The notes below the pieces were generated by a model, which saw nothing but the letters and a program-made list of their open reading frames with translations, did not search any database and was not told where the DNA came from. Shown one piece after another: positions 1 to 14,260 of a stretch of 64,000 nucleotides of DNA (position 1 is its first letter; every line of letters starts with the position of its first letter). The translations under genes were made by a program, and so were the position numbers. Source of the stretch: the human T2T-CHM13v2.0 reference genome, Homo sapiens. Location: assembly GCF_009914755.1 (NCBI RefSeq), contig NC_060925.1; one strand, written 5' to 3'.

Positions 1-216
1 CTTTAGTTGCAGTGCTCATGTTGTTGATTGCCAAGCTCCGGGTGCTGGCCATTCTTTCAAGCAAACTCGTATCCAAACCAAACCTGACCTGAGTTTTCAC
101 TGCTTTATAGAGAAAGGAAAACACACAGAAATTAGGCAAAAACACATGGCAACACTAGGACACCTTTGGCATCTCAACAGTGAGGAGCAGCTTGATAGAA
201 AGGAGAAGGGCTGAAA

Positions 217-384
217 GACCTTGGGCAACATAGCTAACCTGTCTAAGCCTCAGTCTTTCCCTCTGTGGTGGGATCATTCTGCTACCTACCTCCTAGGGTT
301 GGTGGTAAGGATTCAGTGAAAGAACTGTGGATAAAGCCCTTAGCACAATGCCTTTCAGACAATAGGCACTCTACAAATATTGTT
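217..384 (+). mobile_element. MIR SINE fragment
   Basis: gaccttgggcaa...cctcagt...tacctacctcctagggtt...aggatt MIR core. Confidence 0.8.
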
Positions 385-1358
385 TCTCCATGGTTCTCTC
401 TGCCTCCTAGCTAGGAGGTTAATCCCTAAGAAAATCATTCTGGTTCCTACTATAAAGCCACCGTGTTAGGAAAAAATATAAATGTCTATATATAATTCTA
501 TTAGAAACCACGTGTGGCTCAGTAATAAAAATTTTAATCACTCCAATACACACCTCCTTGCACTGAGAAAGGTGGTTTTATTTAATACATGCATGTAAAG
601 TATATTTAGCTTTGATGAATAAGAATTGCAGTGTGGCCAGAGTGGTTTGTGAGATTTTTGTTTTGTTGCCTACTGAAAGCTTTTCTTTCAAGTTAAAGCC
701 AGACTTGCTTAGCAAATCATTTTGCCAAGGAACGCATTACAGGTTTTAAATTTTGACCAAAAATACTTCCCATATGCGAAGAACATAAATGTGGCTTTCA
801 AAAGAGCCAAAGAGAACAAAAGCTGGGGGAGGTGAGGAAGAAAAGACAAGAATGACAGAATGGAGTGGCATGTTGCAGAGCTACAGTAAACTACAGGACC
901 CGATGCCACAGTGAGCTGGAGTCCCAGTGAGGCATCCAGAAGGGACGCCCTCTCTTGTGAAGATCAAGACTGGGCATTTGATCTTTATATTCAGAGCATA
1001 ATCTGTGTTGTTGCCAGTTGCACTGGGGAGTATAAGTTCCAAGAGGAGCAGTAAAAATATCGTAAGGCAACCCTGGAAACGCCCAGCTTTAAGAATGCAC
1101 CAAATCAGCATGTGAGTTAGCAAGCTAGAATGCTTAGGTTTTAATATCAACATGATCTGCTATTTCTCCCAGGCCTGAGGATAATCACGTTCTTTAGATT
1201 TACTTACCTGCTTTTTTCTTCCTCCCCCCGGCCACCGGCCTGTGAGCTCTTGGAGGGCTCAGAGTATCTTATAGCCTGTTCTCTGTACCCAAACAGTTCT
1301 TGGCACGTAATGGGTATTCCATAAGTGAATAAATACACAAACACAAGATGTTTTTCTG

Positions 1359-1385
1359 AAAAAAAAAAAAAAAAAAAAAAAAAAA
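1359..1385 (+). repeat. Poly(A)27 tract
   Basis: 27 consecutive A, preceded by an L2-3'-end-like segment and AATAAA at 1328-1333. Confidence 0.95.
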
Positions 1386-2769
1386 CACTGGTAGAACTAA
1401 AAAAACTCACTTTCAGGTCAATCTTCTGTACGTGTTAATATGCCTTAATTTAAGCAACTGTCAAATGCTTTAAAATGTGTTTTGGTCACTAAGGATTTTT
1501 AAAAATCATGCCTTATACCTAACAACTTGCTTTTTTAGTTTTTTATTGCACATAATACACACATGCATAACCACACAACTTCATTTTGGGTTGTAGCTCA
1601 AGCTGAGAACCTTTTGCAAATTTTCCATGTTGTTACAGACTATTTCCTGTATGATATCCTATGGGAAGCCAGAGGTGTTGTAATCCAGAAACACCCATTG
1701 TTCACCAGGACTGCAGGACACATGCTTTCAGAATTCAAGGGCATAGTTACAAATAATTACCATCAAGAATTTAAAATGAAGGACATCGTTGCTAAACAAG
1801 AAACTAATGACTGAGTGGAGCTGTGTAATGTAATTATACTTAAGATGGGACTTCTGACGAATTACAGAAGAATCTTTGTGCTGTCTCATGTCTCCATAAA
1901 TACACTTAACTGCTATTGACAGTAATAGAAGGGAGTCTTGAATATGAAAAGCTTTTTTTATCCTTTTATGATTTCTAGAGGGAAAACTTAAAAGAACAAT
2001 TATGTTTTTAAAAAAGATGTTTCTCCCAGTACTTCTGAATATTTGACAATCCTATAAAATTTGTAAAACTAAAGTAACTTTAAAAGCAAAGACTTCTGCT
2101 AATAAATCCCGACTTCTCAGTTTAGCATTAACTTGCCCATTAATTTTGTGGTCGTGTTTCATTATGCACAGAAAATCATTTAAAACTACATATTAGCATA
2201 AGTGTTTTCTAAAGACCTAATTTTTATTTAAGTCCTGCCTTAAGCCATGATTAGAAGTGCTTCCTTATTAAAATCTAGAGTGAGCCTGCCTCCCTACTGC
2301 ATAATTGTAAACACATTTGAAATAGAAAATGATTTATTTATTAGTGTCTGTTATTTAGGCAAAATCAATAGGGATGCCTTCCATTTGAATACTTCTTTAC
2401 AGTTTCCCTATTGATTGCACATACATTATCTCATCTGCCCCTTATAATAAATTGGTGGGGTAGGCCTGACAAAGTGGGATCCCAGTTTACAAATACCCAA
2501 ACTACATCTCCTAGAGTTTAAGTGACTGGTCCAAAAGATTGCGTAGCTGGAACACAGATGCAGAACCACTCCGCTGCTTCTTCCTAAATAAATTAAATTA
2601 GCTTATTTGTGCAACAGCAGATGATTCATTAGTTTCCTAATTACTCTCTCTTCCCTGCTTCCCTTCATTAACATGATATATAAATATCTAGGAGGCCCCT
2701 TTTGAAACTCATTGGTTGATCAAAGTACTGAATTATTTCTATTGGCAAGCAAAGGTAAAGTGACAAAGC

Positions 2770-3000
2770 CTTGAGCCATGGAATCATTGAGTCCTGCGTT
2801 CAAATCACAGCTTCATTACTTACTACTTTACACAGTTTATTAATTAATCCATGCCAGTTAACCTGTTAGTCTTTGTTTCTTATCTATCAAGTGGGAGAAA
2901 ATCAAATCTGCCTCATGGTTAATGTGAGGATTAAATGGGAAAATATGCAAAGTGCCTGGCATAGTACCTGACATAAAGTAGAAGTGTAACAAATATCAAT
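2770..3000 (+). mobile_element. MIR SINE
   Basis: gttcaaatcacagc...gtgaggattaaatg...aaagtgcctggcatagtacctgaca. Confidence 0.8.
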
Positions 3001-4899
3001 TTTTCTCCTCAACTGATACATATTTATTATATAGAACTTCTAGAAGTATGGCTTCCAGTCAAGTTGGACCACTTTATATCCAGTTTCTACAGGTAAACGC
3101 CTGTGTTCCATCAACAACACCAACCGTTACTGAGCTCTTACTATGTCAAGAGTGCTGGAATGGTCCCTGTTGCATGGCGCACACAGGGGCCAGCATTGGG
3201 TTGAAGATGGAGGGAACATATATAAAGAACTGAGAACCATGGAAATCTTGTGTCAGTGGCCCACTGAATACCACCACTGATAGGTGTGTGTGGAATGGCT
3301 CATGTGGAAATAATGAAGGCTGAAACATGTCCAGCCCCGCCTTTCTCAGCTCTGCTAAGCTGAAGGTACTCAAAGTCTTTTGTCAGCAGCTTCAGCGTTA
3401 TTCCATCTAGAGGAAACCTAGCCTGAGGCAGGCAGTATGGAACATGCAGTTCAGACCAGCCTCAACCCTTCCCAGCCAGTAGGACTGGAATTCGTCTTTC
3501 TGCCATGAAGCCCTGAGCACCTGGGGCCACACCAAATGGCAGCTTTCTCCCCGAAAGTACAAACATGTTTGCCCAGGCTGGTTTGAACCCCTTGATACTG
3601 CCACACTATCCTTACGCTAGGCACAAAGAAAAGTAAATATTGATTCTTCTCCCTTGGTTTGCTGCATTATTTCTAAGCCATTTGTCAAAGTGTATTCCTC
3701 ACATTACATTTCATTCTGTTTGAAACCCTCCCAGACTCAGGCCTCATGTACTGATCTCATTTCTGGCTCACCACTTCCTTCAAATTTGACTTTTGAAACT
3801 GTATCTCTGGGTAGAAACTTGGCTGTCCTTTAAGCATAGGTTAAGTTTTCCTTCATGCTAGTCTGACTTATAAGTTATTTCTCCCATCCCGTCCGGCCCA
3901 GAAAGCCCTATCTCAAGTTAAACCATATGGAAGGCTTATCTACCTACACCCAGCAAAGAACTGACCGTACATATCTGCTTTGCCCTCCAGTTTCCCTGCT
4001 AGGGCCAAATGTTAAGTGAAAGGCTATCTAAATGGAATTGTGATACGTTATCTAGCTTTTATCAGCTATCTCCCCCAGGGGCCAAATCCAGTTCCCTATA
4101 ATTCTCCCGCCACCAACTTGGGCCTTGTTTTAACCCAGGCAGACCTCCCAGAGAAAAATCCAAGAGTCTTAAACCATATTTTGTGTTTAGAAACTCCTGT
4201 GCCAACCACTCTTGATGTGAGTGACAGCTATTGAAGATGTTCTCTGAAGGCTTCCTGATCCATGGCATGAAATAGTATTTCATTCTTTGGTCTCCTTGTG
4301 GTTGAAGGATCTTGTGACCAATCTGTTTAATGAGCTGTGAGAAATTATGTGTGTTATTTCCGGACAAAGTCTTTGATTGTCAGTGTGAGAATCCTCAGAG
4401 CTTTCTTTTCTCCTACACGACAACCAGCAAATGTTCCACGTGGGGATTCTCCCTCAGCGTGGGTTCCAGAGAGAGGATGGCTGTGAGCAGAGCCCCTAAC
4501 CAGTGCACAGTGAACATGTGTCTTGGTGAGACATACACTTTTGTTTGTTGAAAACACTGAGGTTTTAAGTTTGTTTCTTGCCTCAGCATAATCTATCCTA
4601 TCCTAACTGATGTACCTCATGCCATGAGGGCCACACTGACCTATATGGAGGCTAAATTTGCTAGGGTCAGAACAGCTGTCTCAGTCTTGCTTGGGGCAAA
4701 ATTTGCAGTTAAGTGGATCCCTCTAGTCCCAACTCTGAACAACTCCATTACGCTCCCTTTCCTGACTAGCATGTGTTGTGCTCCCAATCTCACAAGTCAG
4801 GAGAGCACTCTCTTATTCTATGCTAGGGTTTCCCAAGAGAAGGTTTATTAGTGGGAATGGTGTTTAGGTGCAAGTAATAATAACCCATCTGACAGCTAA

Positions 4900-5402
4900 A
4901 TTGATATGATAAGATAGTTGTTATTTACAGGGACAGGCAGCCATCAAGTCAACTTGAGGATTCAACAGTTCCATCAAAGAGCCAAGCCCTTTTTATCTTC
5001 CTATTCCTCCAGTCTTCATCAGCTAGCAATTGACCTCAGGTTTGTTACTTCCGATTACAAGATGCTGACATCTCTAAAGGCATCTTATTTTCACAGCATC
5101 CATAACACGAGAATCTTCTCTCTATGCTATCCTTTTTTTGTTCTTTGTTTTTTGTTGTTGTTGTTGTTGTTCTTGTTGTTGTTTTTCCTGATCAAGGAAG
5201 AACCTCCCAGCAGACTTCTCCTTAGGTTTCATTGGCCAGATTCTGCATCACACTCCAGCCACTATGGATTGCTAAAACTGGCATAGAGAACTCATGATGC
5301 CTTCTCCGGGACTGGGCATATTGCTGTTCCAATGAAATCATGGTTCTGTTAAAAAGGGAGGGAGGGAATGGCTTTTGTATAATCAGCCAACACTATTTAC
5401 CA
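4900..5402 (-). mobile_element. Old MaLR LTR (MLT1J/K/L-like)
   Basis: cccagcagacttc...cattggccaga...gggcatattgctg...ggttctgtt...ggaatgg, typical of a reverse-strand MLT1. Confidence 0.55.
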
Positions 5403-5429
5403 AAATAACACTAGATTTCATTTTTAAAA

Positions 5430-5640
5430 AAGAGCCATGGCCAACTAAGTTTGGGAAACACTGAGTTAAATATGTCTTGTTACTACAGAATATCTTATAC
5501 TAATCTTGTAATATACTCATGTGCATTGTGAGCTTCCTAGAGAAAAATTACCTGTGAAGCATTTCCCAGACTTACTCCTTTAGACAAGTTTTTTACAAAG
5601 CATTTTATTGCACATAATGGAACAACCACAGTATTTCGAA
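5430..5640. mobile_element. hAT-Charlie MITE (MER112-like)
   Basis: aagtttgggaaacactgagttaaa...atgtgcattgtgagc...catttcccagactta. Confidence 0.45.
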
Positions 5641-7089
5641 GGTTAATTAACCAAATCATCATGTTTTCACCTGAGTTGTATAGATGTTTTTCTTTCATAT
5701 TATCTGTTGGAAGGTTTATTCAGCAAATTGATAGCTCCTATTATTAAAATTTTGGTTATCTAATTACAGAATTAAAATGATATTCACTGCTATAGAAATT
5801 ATTGCCTTACGAATGAATGTTGCTAATTATCAATGTTTAAACTAGTCATTAGAAATAGGCTCAAAAAGACCTCTACTTGGAAATATAAGAAATTTCAACT
5901 GAAAGTTGTCCCTTCAGTTAAATTAAATTGTAGCTCCAGACCATGGGTCAAACTAACGGGATAGCAAGTGTCACATTAACTAATTATTAACTAATAATTA
6001 ATTATTAACTAATAATACAATCATGCATTTCTTTGTTATATTTTTAAATTTAGTATTTCCATCCATTCTAACTTTGAAGTCTTCCTTCTCTATCCTGTAT
6101 TCCATGTAGGAAACTCCCTAGTAATGTATATCAGGCCAAGAATATCACGCCTCTCCAACTTACTTCCCCTCCTTGTGCACACCCTCACCCTAAACCATAC
6201 ATACAACACAGACAACATTAATATATTATTAGGTCTTTTGCTAAAAAGAGTAAAAAGTTATTTCCTTAAGATCAAGCAAATACTAAAGGATAGTGTAGCT
6301 AACATTAGCTATTTTGCGACATGAGTTCTTAATACTAAATGTCATGAGTTCTATTAAAGTTGTGCTGATTTAAATTTCAACCTTGTATAGATATTTTAAT
6401 ATCATTTTGACAATATACTTCTAAGCTGTTTATTTACTTTAATGGTTTTGTAAGAAGTTTCTGCATACACTACAAGATAAAAACTTGTTACAATTAAAAA
6501 GGATTTGAAGGAACCATGAAGTTATTTTAACAGTAAACATGTTTATTTTTTGTATAAATTGTGCATTTTCCTTTTTTACATCTACATAGTAATTTTTAAA
6601 GTATAATTTCTGAAACATATGGCTTAGCTGTTCTACACAGGTGCTACATAGAGCTGGAGAACATATTGTGCTTATATGTATTCAAGCATATGTTTCAATC
6701 CTACTCTTTTTACAATAAACATTTCATCGACTTCCTGCTATTTATATCAGGAACACGTATTTGGCCTTGATTTCACCTGCTCTTTTTGTAGAGAGACTTA
6801 CAAAGAGACTCTGGGAGGTTATGGAATCTACAGGAAATAAATACAATGTCGATTTTGTTACAAGGTGATTGAGCTGGTAAGGAAGTGGTTAAAAAATAAA
6901 CCTTTACAACTGTAAGTGTAGAATGAGATAACAATGTGTTACTCTTTTCGTTTTTTTCTGATTATTTTACTCTCCCCAAAACCCTTTTACATTTGTACAA
7001 AAACTTAACTCAGTGTTTAAAAAATATTGTTTCTCATACTATAATCACAACTCTAGTTTTAAGAATAAACAGTTAATATACCAATAAGA

Positions 7090-7500
7090 ATAACTAATAA
7101 TAATAGTAGCTAACAGTGGATAAGTGCTCACCATGGGCAGGCTCTGGTCTATGCCTGATCCCACTTAATCTTCATAACAAACGGAAATGATCAGCACTGT
7201 TATTTATATTTTGCAGATAAGGAAAACGAAGCACAGAGCAATTAAATAACTTGCCCAAGATCGCCCAAGATCACCCAAGATGTCCGGCTGAAGTTCTTAA
7301 CCATTACCTTACACTAATCAACAGCAACAATAATAATAACCACCTTTCTAGGATGCAAATTATGTTCCAAGAACTTTCATTATTTCATTACATCTGCATA
7401 GCCCCAAGAGTAAATAATATCCTGTTCTATTGAAGAAGAAACTGAGGTCCCAAGACATGAAATTACTTGCTCAAGGTCACACACTGGTAAGTGGCATTAA
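7090..7500 (-). mobile_element. Two tandem MIR fragments
   Basis: Two reverse cores: gataaggaaaacgaagcacagag...aacttgcccaagatc and gaagaaactgagg...acttgctcaaggtcacac. Confidence 0.8.
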
Positions 7501-7816
7501 ACCACCTCCTATAAGTGTCAGAAGATAATTGGGGCTGAGGTGGAGCTGAGATTTTAAAAATATCAGTGGTAGGAGATAGACGATGTGATGCCCCATTTAA
7601 ACTACATGGCAGTGGTGTCCTACGACTAGGAGAGGAGAGGCGGGAAAAGCTGAAGTCTCATGAAATAAAAATCAAAATAAAAAGAATGCTTGGCGATGCT
7701 ATTAGTATATAGTCCCCTTTCGACACTTAAAAAATGCTCAGAAAGAGTGAAGATTTACTGCTAGAGGGGCTATGTTTTTAACTCTTTATACTCCAGACAC
7801 AAGCTGCACTGCTATA

Positions 7817-8038
7817 CAGTCAGCAGATGTTTTTTAGGAAAGGGCTAGATAGTAAATATCTTTTGGCCTTTCATATTATTTGATCTCATTCGCTACTGCT
7901 TAACTCTGCCATTGTAACAAGAAGGCAGTCACAGACAATATGTGAATGAATGGGCAGAGCTGTGTTCTAATAAAGCCTTATTTACAAAAACAGGTGGTCC
8001 TGCAATGTGGCCTGCAGGCTGTAGTGTGCCAGCCTCTG
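7817..8038 (+). mobile_element. MER58A hAT-Charlie DNA transposon fossil
   Basis: aaagggctagatagtaaatat...actctgccattgta...gctgtgttctaataaa...tttacaaaaacagg matches the recalled MER58A consensus along its length. Confidence 0.85.
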
Positions 8039-8739
8039 CTCTGGCCTCTGGGGTGGTGGCTTTGGGAGTATTGAGGACCAGTCCCCTAAGTGCGGTCATT
8101 GGCATTCTCATAAGTGTAGTGCAAACAGCAAGACAGTGGGGAAGTTCCTTTTAGTAGCTTTCGGGGCACTAGATATGAACCAGATGGAAAGGAGCGTGAC
8201 TTTGGGAATTATAATGTTTTACAACTCCCAAATAAATGTATGATTTGAAGCAGAAGAAGCCTCAGTAATAATGGAGTTTGGCACTTATAATGAATGACCA
8301 AGTGAACATTGTATTTTTATCTCCAGACAGAAGACACATATGGATTTAACTGTCCCAAGCTCTCTTTCAATTCCCCATCAATTTTCTGCCCTCGGTTTTT
8401 TGCTTTTTTCCTTTTTAAAATGAGTTTAACATGTGTATCAATCAGTCTGAACTTGATGTGGTATATTCATTAAATGGTTTCATTTTTCTACTTTCACAGC
8501 CCTCAACTCTGTGATGTCAAAATTCCCTTCTCCATAGGTAACAGATCCTATCTGGCTACTTTTCATTATTAAGGTACAGTATACTTAAATTTATACTAAG
8601 TTGTGGCATAACTACAAAGAAAATAATTCCTTCAGTTTTCAAAACTGTACTTTTATCTTCCCATACCTCATAGGATATATACCAAGGATGCAGTTAAATA
8701 CATTTAATAATCTTATTCTTAGTAATAATATTAGTATTC

Positions 8740-9230
8740 ATATTTAAAAAATATACTAGGATATATTTTTCATAAAGCAAATGTTTATGTCTTTAGAAAT
8801 CAAGATTTTTAGCCTGAAATAAAAGGCATACAAATATAAAAAGTTAAAACACTATAATCTTTAACTTGAAAAGGAAATACCAGTATCAATTTTTTGTTGT
8901 TTTTTTTTTTGTAAAATTGCTAGCTCTTTTCACCAAGAATACATAGAAGCATTGACAGGCCAATATCAATTAGCAATCAAAGGGTAAAGATGTTAGTGTC
9001 TAAATATCAAAAAAATCGAGTTCCCTTGTAGAAACTGCCAGCACCATATTGAGGATGAGAAATGTACAAGATAAGCCTGGGATATCTCGTTGTAAGTGAG
9101 AGCAAAGAAGCCATCAAAGACCATTGCATCACACTAAAATAACATTAGGGCCAAGTTGAAGGATCTTCCACTGACCAAAGGCAGACAATTTTGTATCAAA
9201 AAACTATGACTACAATGGACAAATATATGT
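8740..9230 (+). mobile_element. L1MC4/5-like 3' UTR fragment
   Basis: gtacaagataagcctggga...gccaagttgaagga...ccactgaccaaa...gacaatttt. A related copy lies at 38790-39860. Confidence 0.6.
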
Positions 9231-9527
9231 GTGTGTTTACATATGTATAAACATTCATGGGTGGTCCCTAAATATCAATATAATTTATACTTACCCACTA
9301 GATAATTCTGCAACATACGGCTCATCAAATTAGATATTCTGCAAATATGTTCAGCCAAATCCTTCCACCTGCATCTAGATTTACAGTGATATCAAACTAT
9401 AATTTTCTTTAGAGGAATCCATGTTCCTCACCAGAAAGGAAGAATAAAAGGCAGTTTTCTCAAATTTGAAGAACACAAGGAATCATCATAGTTGCCATCC
9501 GAGTTTAGATCCATAGTGCCTCTAACC

Positions 9528-9690
9528 TAAGGATTCTCACCCCTAGCTGCATATTGGAATCACCTGGTGAGCCTGTGCTTTACCTCTAGAGATTCTGACT
9601 GAATTGTTCCGGGATGTGACCTGGCATTGGTATGTTTGAAAAAACTCCCCAAGTGATTCTAACATGCAGGTGATGTTAAAAAAAACACTA
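9528..9690. mobile_element. MER5A/B hAT-Charlie fossil
   Basis: gctgcatattggaatcacctgg...agagattctga...ctccccaagtgattctaacatgcag. Confidence 0.75.
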
Positions 9691-11819
9691 AATCTGATGA
9701 TGGCTTTAACCTTATGCTACCTGTGGGAGGAGGCCCTGTGGAACAGGAATGAGCGGGAACATCCTTCAGGAAATGCACCTAAAAACACCATCACCAACCA
9801 TAGCAAGTCATGGAATGCCAGACATACCAGATCAGATCCTACTACTTATTTAATCTCCTAAAGAAACACTGTAAGGAATATACTGTTATCCTCATTTTTG
9901 TAGATGAATACTTTGTTATTTATTTAACCAAGATGTTAAATAAATAAATTACCAGTGGTCTCAGAGCCAGTAAATAGTGAAGCCAAGACTCGTACTAGGT
10001 CTGCACAAATGCAAAATCCATGCTCTTCACCATGCTGCATGCCAGGTACATCTTCTTCCCGAGTCTTAGCTAAGAACAGGCTGCTGTGTAGGTTGATCAG
10101 ATAACTGTTCAGTATCAGCCTGTGATGATGCATTTTTCATTACTCTTCATCAAACAGCCACCTCTGGTGACGTGAATACTGCCAAGGCTGCTTTTACAGG
10201 AGCCGTGTAGAAGGCAGAGGTGATTGAGACTTACTTGAGAGTACTGCAAATGACTACTGGTTGTTAGAACCATTACCTAATGTTAGTATTTTAAAATAAA
10301 CTACAAATTGTAAGGGAAGGGATCAATATTTTATGACTACAAAATACTACTTTCAGTAGAGAATCTAGAATTTCTATAAAGGAATTGCTTAGGGGACTTA
10401 ATATGGTGGAAAGGAGAAGCTAGCCAACTTGTAATAAAACTGCTTTTACGAAGCCCTTTGCATAGGAAATGTGAACTGTTTAGATCAGAGAATTGAGAGG
10501 TAAAGTCAGCAGAAATTGTGGAGGAACTAAAGCCTCCACCCTTAATCTTCTTCTTGTCACTGCTACTGTCCCTCAGACAGGCAAAGATGTTTATGTAACC
10601 ATCTGATTGGGGTTGAAAGGAATGAATTGGCTCCTCTGCAGCTATAATTTGTGATTGTAATTAAATATTACCCTTCTTTACCTTTAAAAGACATCTCTTG
10701 GTATCAAAAAATTTTGATTACAGTGGATTAATAAATATGTGTGTATATATCCATGAGTAGTCCTTAAATATGAACATATTTAATTTATACATACCCATTA
10801 GATAACTCTGCAAGATACTAGTCATCAAATCATATATTCTGCAAATATATTCAGCCAAATCCTTCCACCCTGCATCTAAATCTAGGGTGGCATCTTCCCA
10901 TACACCTTCACCTCTTCCACTCTTGGAGTCTAGGTTCTTACCACATCTAACAGCTTCTTGGCTAGCCTTTTTGCCTCCATCCCTCTGCCTGACTATTGCT
11001 TCCAGTCTCATCTTAGACTCGCCAATCCCATCTTTCATTTGGTCTCCTATATTTTAAGGATAAAATAAAATAAGAGGAGGTCCCTGGGTATGTGCTAAGT
11101 GGGTGTGTGGAAGTAGAGTCCTACCTCACTATGGTGGAAGCATAAGAAGCTGAAAAATAAATGCTGGAATTATACCTGCAAGGGATACTGAGGTCAAAGG
11201 CAAGACAGCTGGCCAAGCCAGATTGTTCTTCCAATGGGCCAGGTGAGCAATGGATGTAAGGTATGGAGCCCAGGTGAGGAAGACAGAAAGCAAGAACTCA
11301 AGTGAGAGGTAGTTCATATGGCTGCCTCACTATCATCTTCCAGACAAAATGCTGATGATAGTAGTGTCTTTTTGTATGAAGTCCAGCGAGTATGCCAGGT
11401 GTACTTAAAGGGGCTGGAGTAATGTGGATACCCCTGACTCCAATACTTGGCACACTTAGGCAGAAGGAGCTCTTCAACCCACATAACCCCCAATGGATGT
11501 GACACTGGGTCTGGCTGTTGCATCACTGAGATTCCAGGACCTTCTCCTCCCATCAGATCTTTCCCTTCCATCAGGTCCAGTTCTGTCCAGGACTCTCCAT
11601 AAGGCAGTGGTGCATGATATACGCCTAAATGGGCTCTCATCAGCACCTCCTCCTTCTAAGCTTTGCAATGATCTGAAGCCCAGGCCAGGTCACAGCACAC
11701 GGACCCTATAACCAGCAATTAGGAAAGTAGCCAGCGTTTCTATCTATGGTAGCACTGAAAAATCTTTTCCCCTGAGTTTAAGTCAGGCTGGAAGACAGGG
11801 AATTCCATCGTGCCTTTTG

Positions 11820-12255
11820 TTTCTGTCAGAGTCAAAGCAGGAAATAGCTGCCAGCTGAGTATTCATAACAGGGATTTAAAAACTGGGAATTAATTACACA
11901 GAAGTGGAGGAACTGAGAGCCAAGCATGGGGTAGTGAGGCAACCCAGAGAATCATAACTGAAGGGAACCACTAAGACCCTAGGCCAGAGGGACAGAGGAA
12001 GAGGCAGTGTTACGGGCCCCTGGGCGAAGCTGGCATCCTGGCAGGACTGTTCTGGAGATGGCGCTGCTGGGGAGTTGCTGCCCAAGACAGAGAGGGAGGG
12101 GAGAAACATTCCAACTTCTCCCCTCTTCCCTCCCTCTAGTGTTCCACCAGTGCCTCCCACTGGCCAAATATGCAGAATTCAAGGGTCAGTCCCCTGAAAT
12201 ACAGAGCAGAGCAGGAGAAAGTGAAGAACCAATTTGAAGGCAATATGCCCAGGAG
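11820..12255 (-). mobile_element. ERVL solo LTR (LTR41/LTR33 group)
   Basis: The reverse complement reads ctgctctgctctgtatttcaggggactgaccc...ggccagtgggaggcactgg...tttctcccctccctctctgtcttgggc. Confidence 0.7.
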
Positions 12256-12829
12256 AGACCAATTGCCCTTGTTTGTCAACCTTCACCACTGCTCCAAACA
12301 CAAAGCCCTCATACACACTTCCATAACAGTATCACTCCTGGCTTACATGCCCCACAGTTTTTCCTTATCCTTCTGCCATCCTTGTGCCAACCCACCAGCT
12401 ATGCCTTACAGAGCCTCCATTCCACTGTAAACAAACTACTCTATGTCCTGCCTCTTCTTCAAATATTCTCTCTGACTTGAATTCAATCCTGATTCACACT
12501 TAGCAAAAAGCCCTGAATCATTTATTCACTCATTCAACAATGACATATTAAATGGAAATTATACCCGTAATAACTAACCTTGCATTGTTGTATGTGTTTT
12601 ATATATATTAAGCCCTCCAATTCTCGCAACCACCTTATGCCCCTTCTATAGATGAGGAAACTGAGACAAGAAGTCCTTAAGAAACTTGCCACTCCCATAG
12701 TTCATAAATAGCAGGGCCAGAAATCAAACATGCATCCAGCCTCGAGAAACCACAGTTTTACCCACCATACATCACTGTTCCAAAAATGAATATACAGTAG
12801 TGAGCAACAGATAAAGTTTAGTAGAAGAA

Positions 12830-14260
<1,431 letters not shown>

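Noticed and set aside
5975-6018. AT-rich short tandem repeat (ttattaactaat-like units)
   Set aside because: Ordinary low-complexity slippage.
11191-11203. DR1-like nuclear-receptor site AGGTCA-A-AGGCAA
   Set aside because: A single imperfect motif, expected by chance in 64 kb.
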